DNA of 64,000 nucleotides from contig NMRA01000298.1 in NCBI GenBank assembly GCA_002633005.1, forward strand, positions 109,887 to 173,886, written 5' to 3'. Origin of the DNA: Phoronis australis (Eukaryota; Animalia; Phoronida). Position numbers and translations under genes: made by a program. Shown here one piece after another: positions 46,837 to 60,419 of this stretch. Position 1 is the stretch's first letter. Each line of letters starts with the position of its first letter. The notes beneath the pieces were generated by a model. It saw nothing but the letters and a program-made list of their open reading frames with translations, did no database searches and was not told the origin of the DNA.

Positions 46837-49800
46837 CGTTGTTACTTGTGATCAGTCCTTATAAAATACAACTGAGTGTCACAACGGGTCATGTTTGGCG
46901 CCTAGCTGTAATATGAAACTAAAAAATGATTAAACTTTGCATTGCTACTATCACGTAATTTGCTTTAATGAAGTGTCGGAAATGCAGTTGTTCAGAGAAC
47001 TTGCCTACGTGATCTTGAGAACATGTGTAATTTCAAGCACAACACTCCCAGAATGCACGTTACATGGACCAAATTTATATTTATCAGTTGATGTATGCAT
47101 GTTCGTTTTTCGAACTAGCACTTTCACTGAATGCAGTTACTTGAAGGTAAATTAGCGTTCGGATTATTTAATAGGGCTGTACAATAGAGCTCTGGATAGT
47201 AGTGCTATGTTAAGTACTGTTAGTTTTACGGAAAAATATTTTCCTGCAAGGCTTGTATTATTTAAAATTACAGGTAGAGAAGACGGAAACCTACGATCCA
47301 AGCATTGATTGAAGGCGTGCATCGAAATGAGTTTAAAGAGTCCTATTACGATACGAGCCACAACATTTGTGCATTACGTATGAAGATGTGGAAAATGGAA
47401 AAGCTTCGAAGAACTTGTTGCCGTGCTACCGCTAAATGTCCGACGTTCATGCCATGTGTGCTCACTTTGCGTTTTGAAAGAGCATAAGGCTAAAAAGCTG
47501 ATACTTTTCACAGTCATGTTGCTTGCTGTCTTTTAGGAGTCAAAGTTGTGCCGTGTGTCAGGTAATACAGCAAACATTGATTTAGCCAATCTGTGTATTT
47601 TACAAAGTTAGATGTATGAGAGCTTTCTTAAATTTGTTAGTTATGCTGTTGGGTCTTCAGAATGGATTCCACCTCGTTCTTGTGAAGGAGTGATTTATCA
47701 TGACAATGAATTCCATGTTCAATTCCAAAAATCCAGAATAACCTTTGAAATGCTGATGTCCTCATCAGTGTGCGTTGTGCGTCATTGTTGTGAGGCAGAT
47801 GATCTTGTTACCCTCTCATGATGTGTGCTCTTGTTACTTGGATAGCAGATAAGATATTTGATTATTTCGGTTCATTGATTGAAGTAATCTTTAAGGAGGG
47901 CGCTAGCGTACTTATTCTTCTTTGTAGCTGGTTACTTAATGGACAACAGGTTTCACATGTCTAATTATTGATTATCAAATAATAAATCAATTACTGGATT
48001 TAATAATTCTCTCTCCATCAACGCACAATTGCAAAGCAAAACTACCTTTTAAGCAAACCGACAGTCAATCTCTAACAGTAGCGGTGACATCGTTAAGACT
48101 GTGGTGGTCCATGGCGTATCTATGTGGATGAGTGTGAGCATTCTACTAAGAGGCAAATACAGTTATGGCGTATAACTGTGATGGACGCGGTACCTCATGA
48201 TCAGGTGCTTGAATTGTTCAGACATTTAAAGATGTTTGTACTGTAAAATGTTTCCTCTCTAAACTTATATAACTCCAAGGAAGTGATGTCCACTAATTAG
48301 TACAGGTTGATATTAATGACCAGTTGCGTCGGGAGAGTAGCCATATAAAATTGATGTATGATACTTATCTTAAGGACGGTCGTTTGATGCGCAAATGAAG
48401 GCGTTTCCTAAAAGACTGTTATTACTTACTATTTGACTATAACTGCAGTCATGATCGTCACTTGACTTAGTAATTGTTCGTTCTTTTATTTTGAAGTTCG
48501 CTCGCTGAACAGACGTTATAGTTTAAGACCACACCTATCTCATCCAACACGTTCAGTCAAACCCATGTACTGTATAGCAAGTACTTCACTTCAAACTTTG
48601 ACGTGGCCGTGAATCATTTGTTGCGCGGAAGAATTCTTTGGATACTCTGGAGACAACAGTGCACGCTTTCTTGTAAGTGCAAGTTCTGTTAGCGTAAGAT
48701 TTGTCTGTAATATTCTTTTCAATTTGTTTGATAATTATTCATTTGTGCAATGCTTTCCTGTTAGACATAAACTTTTTCTTAATTTGATTTCTGAGCTAGG
48801 AATTTTTTCTGTAATATTCACCGATTCCTCTGAAATTGAATTTTAAAAAATAAAGAGTTTATCTAATGTAATATGGACGAATCCATAACTTTATGTCGCT
48901 GACAGCGTACGTTGTATTTGACAACTGTCCCACTCTTGAGGGACTTTCCTACCTTTTGAATTTTATGTCGCCATCCTGCCACACCATCAAAATTTCCTAC
49001 TTTCTGAAACACAACGAAGTAATATCAAGTAACTGTACACCACTATAATTTCCCAGGCTACATTGCACTATTTCCCATTCGACTTAACAGAAAAAAGGGA
49101 CGTTGCATGGGTTTTTAAGCATCCTCAATTTTCTGTTCGACTTAAAAAACAAAAATACCTGGGAACTTTTGGGTTTTACGTCTACCGTTCTTCAAACAAC
49201 GCTGTCAGGATGTTTTAATGTGTTGCAGCTAATATTTCACTTTTGGGTTTTGACATAGACCCAGATGTTCCGCTTTTTGTCAGAAAATTCCGCTTTTCAT
49301 TCTCGAATGTTGACAACTGCGCAACAGGTGTTCAAAATAACATTGCCCCTTTGTCATGAATAACTTTTTCCGAATCGACTTTCTTTAGTAACATAGTTAT
49401 CTTAAAACGGTGTTTCAATATATAACAAACACTCCGTTTAACCGGATTAATAATACTTACATTTACTTTTTGAAGAAATGAGTTTATTTATGAACTACTT
49501 TGTAACGTACTAAACTACAACCTGTGTAAAGAGCTGGTATTTCCGTTACGGCCCCTAAACAGACATCTTTATAAAGAATTGAAATTTACTTGGGTTACTG
49601 AAAAGCCACATCCAATTAAGTGATGAAGGAAATCCTTTTGAAAACAGTTTAATTTCGTTTCACGTAGTAAATTTAATGATCAAAGGTCACATTTCCTGAG
49701 TTTCTTGATTTATCAACGTTGACGTGGTTTTTAAGTCAATATTTTTGCGTTTTTGGTTTCTAGACACAAAGCCATACCGTTATTTCTTCATTCGTACGTT

Positions 49801-50572
49801 TTTTGATGTCCATCTGGATTACGACGAAAAAAGGGTAATCAACTTCAATTTTGAGCTATTTTAGAGCAAACAATAATTTGAACTCGTCAAAGGAGTGCCA
49901 ATTTTATTATCACGATTTCCCTTCTGCACCCAGATTGCAATTATGTTACCTTGTAAAGATAGCGAAATGGCTTAGGTTCAAGAGATCGATCAAAGGCAAT
50001 AAGTTCGTCTATAATAAATTGCCGCTTGAATTAAAAAACAACTAAACAACCTCTTAACTAGGGCCACCCTAATTTTTGCTTTGACGTCATTATGAAGTAA
50101 AATGTCGTGCGGTATGATAAATGTCAAAACATCTATAAACCGATTAAAATTACCATTTTCAAACAAGATATTTTATTTGAAATAAAAAAGTAAGATAGTC
50201 AGTGTCGTATATCGTTGACTTTGTTAAAGCGTTTTGACAAACCGTTACAATGCAGAGCACACGAGTAGACGATACACACTTTAGAAAATTAATATTAATA
50301 CAAAGCAAGGGTAAGGCAAGAAGTACTATTCACGCCGCAATTAGTACAAGTACAAAGCGTGTCAACACAGCCTTATTGAAGCCAAACATATTTCATTTTA
50401 AGCTTTTAACAACACTCACACATGTACGTTTTCAATTACCAAGTGACGGGGGGGGGACGAAATCACATAGAACGTATTACTGTGATAGGCGCAGGCACGA
50501 GTTTCATTTATCCGTGAAAAGGCCAATGTATGAGTTCAGCAAACGCGTCACTTGTTCATTACTGCACGTGCG

Positions 50573-50718
50573 TTAGTTCACAGTGAATACTTCGTTGACC
50601 ACCAGACGACAGCTGGAATCCCAGCAGGTGTAAGCGTCGTTGTGGCTGTAACCAGGACACGTCTGTACGTATAGCCGTATATTGTAGCTTCCTGCTGGCA
50701 GGTTGCAGAACCCGCCAA
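50573..50718 (-). CDS. Copy B terminal exon: CTHRC1-like domain 3, part c
   Basis: 146 nt, intact acceptor; GGFCNLPAGSYNIRLYVQTCPGYSHNDAYTCWDSSCRLVVNEVFTVN-stop. Confidence 0.9.
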
Positions 50719-52350
50719 CTGAAAAAGATGTAGGCGCATAATATGCTTACCATGGCCGAAATCAAAACATAATCCCGCTACCTTAAGGCTGTGAGAACCT
50801 TACTGACAAGTTAAATATCTGCAAAGTATATGTCTATTATTCTGATAGCAGAGAGTTTGAAAAAATGTGATTTTTGATTTTCAATAATCTGTCATTAGTT
50901 GATTGACGTGACTACTCATATTTAGTGAAATTTAACAGAAACGATACATTGATAGCAAATAAACAGCATCAGTAACATGATCGAACAATTTCTCTGATAT
51001 AAACGCTCAAAATAACTTCTCAAAAACCCTTCTAATATGTTTAAAATATATCGAACCGGCAAAAATATCCACTTAAACTAATGAGACATTTCCACTCGTT
51101 AACAGATGGTTAGTGAATTGTTTATGCTACCAGTATCAAAAACACACGGCCGGAGTCTCCCCTTTCCAAAGAGATAGATCCTTCGGTGTTAACCTTTAGG
51201 ACGCTCGACCCCACCAATCGAAACCAAACAAAGAGTCGTGAAAATCTGCGACATTTCGTGAAGGGGCATGTATAATGTACATAGAAACATTGTCAAATGA
51301 TTGTGTGGATTTTCGAATTCAAAGTCCAAGGCTGTAAAAATTACAAATCGTGACATAAATTTGTAATTGTAACATCAGTTTAATACTCAAGCATTGTTTT
51401 GTATGTGTAAGTGTGCAATTTCTTATTATGTGTGACATAGCGATTCTAAGCAATACAAAGGCTTTCGATGAAACTTCATGCTCCACAATGTTTTAAGGTT
51501 ATGCATACATGTACCTGATCGACAGGTCTGTGGATTAAGCCAACTACAATTGATTTTAATGCTTGAAAAGTTGTGAAAATTGAAAGCAATGTTAGACGTT
51601 GCACCAATTTAACATTAATTGGGTAGCGTGACCACGTGTTTTAATAAAGTTTACGGTATACGAAAGGTACAAACGTATAGAAAGGCAATGTTATCAAGAA
51701 CATAGGTACATTTTGTTCGACATAAATGTTCAAGATAATATCTTAAAACTGTTAAAGTATTCTAAGTTGTCATTCTTTTTCGTTTCATGCAAATTGTGAA
51801 CTTTTTCCTAAAAATCGTGAAAGTCTCTCTTTGATATCGCCTCATACACAAAACGCCTTAACCAAATTTACTATCAGGCTTACGGAGGCCAATGCATAAA
51901 GCAATGTATCCGAAAGTACCGGCAGTGATCTGCTAATGGTTGATAGTACGTCAACTTCCTAGACAAGCAGTAAAAACACTGTGGTCTTGCCCTTTCCGGA
52001 CCACCTCAGCTTAATTTTTTTCGCGGAGAAGTTTTGGCTGCCAAACCTTCCCTTCCTGAATACTACAAAGTAGGACAACATAATGCTCAGCTTACAAAAA
52101 AGTCCCAAAGAGGTCAGCACACAGCATGAAATAAGTCAGCAATTGAAGTAACTAGTCAGATTGGCATACTTGACTGGCCATTTTCTTTCGTTTCCGTGAA
52201 ACTTGGGCATTCAGCTGTTAGCTTACATGTAGCTTCTTGACCCTTGGGGTAGCTGACTGGGCGCGTAGGTATTTATAGGTGTCATACCGTTTTCAACGAC
52301 ATAAAGCTGGACCAACTAAAACAAACTAATGCAATACTGCTCTCACTTAC

Positions 52351-52576
52351 ACGATGATGTATGGTGTTGATCATCATCCACATTGTCTGTTCTGTGGTAC
52401 AGTCTTTGGTAGACAACAGTAGCAATTTTTCCAGGCGTAGAACATTCGGCCCCATTAAAGGTCAGATACCAACGGGCGCAACCGGGTGTGCCGTGGCTTG
52501 ACTCCCATTGTCGCAAGTCACCGTTGTACTGAACAGATAGAAGACTTTGAGATGACTTCTTATTGTAGGTGACCGA
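52351..52576 (-). CDS. Copy B exon: CTHRC1-like domain 3, part b
   Basis: 226 nt, tag acceptor, gtaagt donor; SVTYNKKSSQSLLSVQYNGDLRQWESSHGTPGCARWYLTFNGAECSTPGKIATVVYQRLYHRTDNVDDDQHHTSS. Confidence 0.92.
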
Positions 52577-52703
52577 CTACATGGAAAAAACACATGCTCG
52601 TGTCAGTAACATTAAATTTAACACGTTCTGGTAATGAAGGCCGATACTCCCCACAACCCAGCTGATACGAACACCATAGAAACTTGTAACTAACAAAAGA
52701 CCT

Positions 52704-53446
52704 GGGCCCGGTCTCCAATCTCCGTACTCAGACTCGAATCGTACTCAAACTCTCATTTCATACTCAACTGTAGAACAGACTCAGCTTTGATGTATTCAAT
52801 GTCACACTCGAAAAATCTGTAATCAAACTTGCGAGTACGTACCCAATTTTCGAGTATACTCGAAGTGAAGTGTATTTCATCTATATTTCGAGTACGATTT
52901 GGAGTAAAAAATTCCAAGTATATGCTTCAAATTTGGTTTGGCGGTGTGCGTACGGCGGATGTGAGACACAGACAAACTATTCCATGAGCGAAAGAAGAAA
53001 ATATCGAAAAACCAGTAAGAGAAACAGGAAATCTTCTTAAGGCATTATCTGGAGATAACAAAATCAAGAAATAAAGCATAACAGTTGGCAAATGTATCAA
53101 GAAATGGCAGAAGAATATTGTATTGAAATTGAAAAAAATGAATAACAGTTATAGAACACTCAACATTCCACATTACTCTAGTAATTGTAGCGACAGCAAA
53201 CGATAGTATAGTTCCTAAGGTAGTCTATATGTGAATAGGGAGCGCTGAATAAGCTCTTCTTTGCGTAGTTTTGCATTTCACTTCATAACGAGTTCCATAG
53301 CAACTCGAGATTTGGGTACGTTTGGAATCTACTCGAAATGCTACATTAAATAACCCTTTTTGAGTACGACTCCAGTGAGCCCGATTTCGATTAAGAAATC
53401 TCGAGTATGAGTATGAATCTGACTACGGATATTAGAGACCGGGCCC
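52704..53446. mobile_element. Harbinger-like MITE (about 740 bp) specific to copy B
   Basis: TIRs: left gggcccggtctccaatctccgtactcagac, right (revcomp) gggcccggtctctaatatccgtagtcagat. Many internal gtactcg/cgagta motifs. The site in copy A (aagaccaggcaact, about 8545-8558) is empty. Confidence 0.75.
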
Positions 53447-53939
53447 ACACAACTTCCAAACATAAGCAACCCGACAATGGGTATGCCTGCATCAAAATGC
53501 TACAAAAAGAGAATACTCTATTTTTGAGAGACATACAATACCTGAACAGATAACTTTTACTTTCTGTCAAGCGATATACATCAAAAAGACAACGGCTGTG
53601 AGTTCTGTAGACACCAGAATCTCACGGAAATGAAAAAATATCCAATGGTTAGCGAATTACGCCGTGTATTCCAAGCAGATATATTGATTGCATTTAGTTC
53701 CGAAGTGGGTCTTCTAAAAGCATTAAATGCATAAACTTAAGCTTTCGGTTGGGTGCAGGTTTCATACGCACCTACTCTAGTGACGAACGGTTACATCAAG
53801 CATTTGGTCATTAATTCAAGAAGACCACCATACCAGAAATCCGATTATGAATATGCAAACATTTTCTGAATAACACTATCTCTATTCCGCTAAATCAATG
53901 ACCAAGATGAAAATGAGAACAAGGCTGTTCAACACTCAC

Positions 53940-54046
53940 AATACTTCCGATATGCCCGTTGTCTGTACCGTCGTTCAATGACCACCACCACCACTGGTGA
54001 AAGTTGTACTCGGGCAGTCGCTGGACGCTGCTGTCACGGGTCACGA
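53940..54046 (-). CDS. Copy B exon: linker + CTHRC1-like domain 3, part a
   Basis: 107 nt, cag acceptor, gtgagt donor; VTRDSSVQRLPEYNFHQWWWWSLNDGTDNGHIGSI. Confidence 0.88.
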
Positions 54047-54741
54047 CTGTTATCAATTAAATACGATTGAGTATGGATTAACTGAAGACCACTTCTTTAC
54101 ATTCGGTTTAATACTCTTCCGCAGAGATTTCGGTACTTGAGCTCTTTGCTGCCGGTCCAGCCTTTGCAACGGACCTCCAGCTACCGTGATGTAGTTCCGA
54201 TACCTGAGCTGAATGTCTCGGTGCAATGCGTTTACAAAAATATAGTTCAATTATTGTATAATTGTAAAAAACTGACTCCTATTGGTGAACATTTTACTTA
54301 ATCGAAATCATATGAAATCAATCCAATGGCCGATCTGTTATGACTTTGTAATCTTAGTCAGCAGTGTTTCGAAACATGGACGCTGTTTTGGAAGTTTCCA
54401 TGTTGCGTATCTCATATTTTCTGGTTCAAAGTTCATATTAATTTAACCTCTGAAATGCTGGGTTTGAGTCAGTGCAAGAGCCCCTCAACGTGAAATTAAC
54501 TATGCAAAGCTTAAAGGCAGAGAAGAAACAATTTCATTTACAATGACATGAATACTCACCCCAACGAACTACATGTACAGTTGAGATTGTGCAGGAGATC
54601 TTCTAAAGGTTTATGACCGCTGTCAAGAATGCCCCCCAAATAGATCAGAACACCAACCAATAGTTCAACAAAATACCCAATAAGGAGAGGCAAAGGTTAT
54701 TCAAAACAATGTTGGCTGATCGCTGAGTATATTTAATTCAC

Positions 54742-54894
54742 CTGCACTGACGTCAAGGTCATAGCGAATCTCCTCGACAATGATCCTGTTTCTCTGATTC
54801 CAGCCTGTGTAACCGTTCATGCTGCCACTGTACCTGGCGATATGTATCTCAATAGATCTCCGTCCTGCTCCGATGTTATTGCACAGACCATCAA
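54742..54894 (-). CDS. Copy B exon: CTHRC1-like domain 2, part c
   Basis: 153 nt, cag acceptor, gtgaat donor; DGLCNNIGAGRRSIEIHIARYSGSMNGYTGWNQRNRIIVEEIRYDLDVSA. Upstream exons were not found in the window. Confidence 0.9.
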
Positions 54895-57800
54895 CTGTGT
54901 AAAAAGAAGCTCAGTTGTACTAAAGTCTCCACGTACCTTTTTCGGTAACACGTGAACTGGTTCATGAGTTATCACCATAAAAGCTATTGCCAGTAATCTA
55001 AGGCAATAGGTTCGCTTATTCAAATGATTACTATGTTTAACTGGCCAGCTTTAAATCAAAATCGGTACATCTGTGCAAGGAAAATCATGAACGTGCAAAT
55101 TTGTCCTGGCAAAATTGTCAGGTCGCCAAGCGGGAACTGAGCTCTCGAAACATCTTGCTCACCTCCTAAGGTAGAGAGACGCCATCGGGAACTACTGTCC
55201 TTTGACCAAGGAACCCAATTTCTGTCCGTTTGCTTCATGGATTATTTTTGCACAGAATTGAAGTAGCGACTTTGTGGTGACCTTGGATTTTTACAGGGAC
55301 ACCCAATAAAATCCAAGGTCATGTTTCCAACTTATATGTCGTCGACAAATCGAGCAACGTCGAGTCGATGAGCTACTCTGTAACATGGCCACATAAAATC
55401 GCACACCTTCTGCGAGCTACACATGTATGGAAGCCAATCGTTACCACATCAAAGATATACCCCCAAGTTATGGCATTAATTGCATTTCGAAATTCTTATT
55501 ACGTTTACAACGAAAGTACCCACTTCGTCTGCAAAACCAGCCAAACGTGCAGCTTGCTCAAATCCATGCAAGAACAGCGACGTCTTTTAAGTGTATTTTT
55601 AAAAATAGTAAAACACCTGTCTTGATTTCAGAAATATGTTTGGCAGACATCGATGAGATTTGAAGATTTGTAATGAAGTCAAAATATACAACGGATTTTG
55701 TTGTTTTATAACCGTGGTCAAAATTAATAATTTCGAGAAATCAATCTTTTCCAACAATTATGTCATAAAATGCTTGACCGGTTACAAAAAATCTATTGTT
55801 TTCTTGAAGCTACTGTATTTGTGTTTCTCCAAAATCGTTGAACTTCACACAGCAGCTTTGGATTTTTGGGAGAAATTGTCACGAGTCAATGGTTAAGATT
55901 TAGTGACAGAAAGCATCGGTGACTTCGTTCTACTCAAAAAGTAAAAAAAATAAATCTCGGTTTGTTATAGAACCATATCAGAGACCTTAAACCTAATAAA
56001 GAACATATATTAGAAACAAGGTTGGAGGCATTGGCGTCACAATTACATCAGTATTTCATAAGATTGAAAACTAAATGCAAGAATGCGAGTTAGTTATCGT
56101 TTTATAATGGCTACAACAATGGTCCTTGTGTTTGATTACCTACTGCAAACAGTTCTGAAGTATTCAATACCTATGATTAGCCAGCTTTTACATGAGATGA
56201 TAAGAAACTTAAGAGTGAAGTACGGCTCACAGCAGGCACAAATGTACAGAGGGTGTGATAAACCCAATGTCACGGATTTGAACCATACCATGCATTTTAG
56301 TTACCTTTGGGATGATAAACAAAACAGTAGAATCCAAGCTCATTTTACCTTGTTTAAGGCGGAGAAATGAGGGAGCTTCTACTTTGGGGTACCATGCTAT
56401 GGACTCACCGAAAATACCTTACTTCCAGTACGTAATAAAAAATACCGTTGCTAAAGACACCTATTTGTTTGCAATTTTTAAATAAAGCAAGTCTTCGGCT
56501 TCATAACTATTTAAACGAAACCCATTAACTGTGACGATAAGTTAAGAATTTTCAGGCATAAAGTATAGAGGGTCGAAGGCTAACAAAGCATTGCAATTTC
56601 GCCACACTTTGAGCCCGAATATCTCAACTGGCACAACACTGATCAACACCAGACTTTTACACAAGACGTTTTCATCTTAGTGACGTTGAATGGTACAATA
56701 AAAATTTCTAGCGCGGAGCATTTTCCTATAGGAATCGCAAAATAGTGACAACTACCTGAGTGGAAATTACCTTCAATGCCGAAACCTGTTTGGAACACTA
56801 CAACACCACTGGAGTGAAAGGTTTTGAATCAAAAGTTGTTTTTATTAATATTTAGTTTAGTGTCATTAAATCAGGCGCATTTGTTTAAGTTATTCTTTCC
56901 ATTTTAATTAACTTTCACGTTTTTCATGAACCCATTGTTCAAGAACAGCTGTCACTTTAGTGGTGGCAAAATGGCTGATGATCCTGACTTGCAGTGTTAA
57001 CTGGCGTGGCTGTTAACTGCTATGATGGAGTGTGAGGAAATGTGTAGGACCCCAAAAGAATATCCTCTGCACATGTGTGAAATCTTGATGCAGCATAACG
57101 TGAGTACCAAGTCACCACACCTGCAGACTGTGCGGCAACTGATTTTGGCGAGAGTCAGATAGTATTTCAAATGCTTTTTCATCGGACCTGTGTTACGCCT
57201 CTGTGACTGCGTCCAAGGCAAGGGCAAGACACGGGGCTCATCTTGGATTTCCGTGGAAACCAAGTAGACTGAGCAAACACCCATTTCATTAGCAGTAGCT
57301 TGCGTGCAAAGGCTGAAGTTGGGATGCTGGTTGAAATGTGCAACTTACTTCCACTGGAACTCAACAATGGCAATTCATATTTTCTTTCCTGTTGGATCTG
57401 GTGCGTACTGCTACTACTTTGTTTGAATTTGAAGTTATGACGGTAGCATTGTGGTGGTAACAGTCAGTTTTATGGATACCTGATTCGAGAACCAGTTAGC
57501 CGCACTAGAAGAAAAGTTGTTATTCTAATACATTACCCTGCAGTGTGGTTCCACTTTCCGGAAATTCACAGACTGAGTGACCATACTTGTATCATAAAAA
57601 TGTAACAACACTACTTGATTTTGAACAGTATAGACGGAGCTTTTTATTGTGCCCACTGGTGAACTTCAGTAGTCCTATGCCTGCATCACTGTAAACAACT
57701 GATGAACAGTCTTGAGTTCCTAACGGGTAAATCACAATCAAGGTCCATATTCGGTGGCCACTTTTGGTTAAAAATGAAGGTTGTCATATAACTGTAAAAG

Positions 57801-57899
57801 CTCGGATATTTTAAAGTACCATCAATCCAGGTTTGTAATCTAATTTTTTTGCACAAGAAACACCGAATAAAGTTTTAAGGCCTAATGCATCACAGTTGC

Positions 57900-59485
57900 A
57901 TAAAAGGGTACGTTCACTACAACCTGCGGTCACAGCCCACTTCTATCATGCAAAAATCCATACGATAGCTGTTAATTTAGTAAGTTCTTGATCAAATTGA
58001 AGAAGTATCATATACTAAAGTAGGAAAAGTTATTGTCTTGCTGATCAAGTTGTTCTAGATGATGATGCATTGCATGTCTTAACACAGTATAATGAGAACT
58101 TCATATCTTGCAATATGATTCTTAAAAAAAAGAAAATGACAGGAAACTACTTTTTTCAAAACTTTATTGGTGCTATTTGCCTAGTTTTCAACACATTCAC
58201 CAGTTGGTCGAAAGAGTTACAACAATGTTAGGCCCAGTGTTCAACTTGTAAACAGTAAAAATGGTACCGGTTGGGGGGTACGTACACTACGCACAGTCAA
58301 TCAACGTCAAATTTTGACTAAATTACAAATGTATTGGATGATCTCGAGTTTTGCGCTACCTCCAGTCGTGGTTTTGTTGAAAGTTGGCTTGAGAGATGGA
58401 GAACCTGCCTATGCAACATCAGTTGTCACATGACATCTCCTCTAGGATGTTACTTGCCAAGACCTGTGTGGCATTTTATTTCCCACAAATTTAATAATGT
58501 ACATTGTTTTTGTTTGTTTTGTCAGACTGGATGCATTTTAGAAATATCAGGGTTGTTCATGAGAGCAGCTGTATGCATAAATACTTGTGGACAATACTTT
58601 ATAGCACAGAGGTTGGAGGTACGTACACTACACAGGGGTACGCACACTACATTTCAATGACTTGTCAGGTTCATAAAAGAACACTAAGAATCTACTGAGA
58701 GTTAGTTCACTTAAAAAATCTATTCAAAGGGAACAAACAAAAAGTGCAGCATACATGTGTATATCTGTCTGTCATTCTTTGAAAACAGGCACATGTTAAA
58801 ATATAGGGGTACGTACACTACACAAATGCCAATATTTCACTCAAAACAATTGTATTTGTAATTAATACCCGTTTAACCTAACATTTTAATGCAGGGAACT
58901 CTGTGTGACAAATGTTGCATACTTGCCATGTAATATTTTCGTTGCATGGTATTTGTTCACATGGGGGCACGTACACTACACATGGGTACGTACCCTACAT
59001 TTCAATGACATGTCAAGTTTGTAACTAAATACCAAGAATCTACTGAGAGTTAGTTGATTTACTAAATCAATTTAAAGAGAAAAAGTAAAAAGCACAGCAT
59101 TTATGCGCATATTTGCCATACTTTGAAAATAGGCACAAATTAAAATATGGGGGTACGTACACTTCATAAATGCTAATATTCCAATCAAAACAAATGTATT
59201 TGCGATACACACCCTTTTAACCTATCATTTTTAAGGAAGGAAAGTGTCCATGACCAATGTTGCTCACTTTCCAAGTGATGCTTTAATTTTATAGCATTTG
59301 TAAACATGGGGGTACGTACACTACATCACTGTTTCTGCACCACATGGTAACATAATGTTGTACGGCCATTTATTTTTCATTAGTAATAATCAGCACAATG
59401 TTGTTATTTAAAAGACAGTAATTTCGCTTGCAATGGCCATTTGTGTTATTGAATTCCACATTGGGGTACGTACACTACATTTTGT
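57900..59485. repeat. Array of GGGGTACGTACACTAC motifs within a repeat of about 345-bp period
   Basis: Motif or variant near 57905, 58275, 58616, 58635, 58806, 58963, 58984, 59149, 59308 and 59463. Bases 58615-58960 are repeated at 58962-59305. Confidence 0.85.
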
Positions 59486-60419
59486 GAGCCCTTTTGGCCC
59501 ATTTTCACCATAGCAAATCCGGGGCAATATCCGAAATTTTGGTTTGTTTAGATATTGAAGAATTTGCTGTGTTGCCTAGGCTAACATATTCTACAGTTCT
59601 TTGTATTACAAAGTGTGAACTTGTTTTAAACCCTCAGGGTCAGACACGCAGAATTCACAATTTTCGTAACCCCAACATTTCTCAATTATTAAGTACAACT
59701 TCGTCTATCAAGTGCTTCTGAAAGTATCTCAAGTTATTCCCAGTCATATTAAAGCAATTGCTTGCTTAATAAAACAAATTCCTTTTCGTAGTCGAAGGAC
59801 ACTCCTGATCAGTAACACAGGTTCAATATTTCAACGTTACTTCCACTGCGTAACGTAACTGTCACAATTTTACTAAAACTCAACTGCCGCCAGCAAATAG
59901 TATCCATGGAAAGCAAAATGGGGCGTTTTGAAAAAAATAAAGGTGGTATAGAGTAAGTGGAGCCAGTGTCATCGCACAGACAAACTATAAAGAGAATCAG
60001 TGACATAGCTTTTATCACCCTCTGCCTGGTCCATTAGCGAACATGCTCTAAAAGTGTTGAATTTTGGATTTTTTTCACGCTCACTAGTCGTTTTGCTTTT
60101 GGTATGATACGTATCAGCTTGTATTTTCTTGGATTTCAAACGATTTCAGCACAGGTGCAGAAATGGCATTTTTGGAAATTAAGTTTGACACATCCCCACC
60201 AAAAAACATATTAAAGTTTTGCCTCTGAACATAGCAACAGTTTGGGCAAATTACACTGGCGGAGTTAGGGTGATCAGGCGTTCACTGATCAAAAAATAGT
60301 AAAAGTAAAAGGACAAATCGCATAAATTTACGCACTATATACCGATATCGCAGTATGAACAAGAGCAATGTGGAGCGTCGAAGTGTGCTCACGAATGCAC
60401 TGCAAATGATGGAATTATG

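Larger units (their letters stand above)
49585..54960. repeat. Segmental duplication unit B
   Basis: Collinear with 2985-15690 after removing insertions. Confidence 0.9.

Noticed and set aside
47270-48680. Scattered plus-strand exon-like snippets (WIPPRSCEG, EEFFGYSGDNSARFL-gtaagt)
   Set aside because: Could not be assembled into a consistent frame or domain.
57900-59485. CRISPR-like repeat-spacer array
   Set aside because: Eukaryotic context, spacers of 150+ bp that are homologous to each other, and no cas genes.
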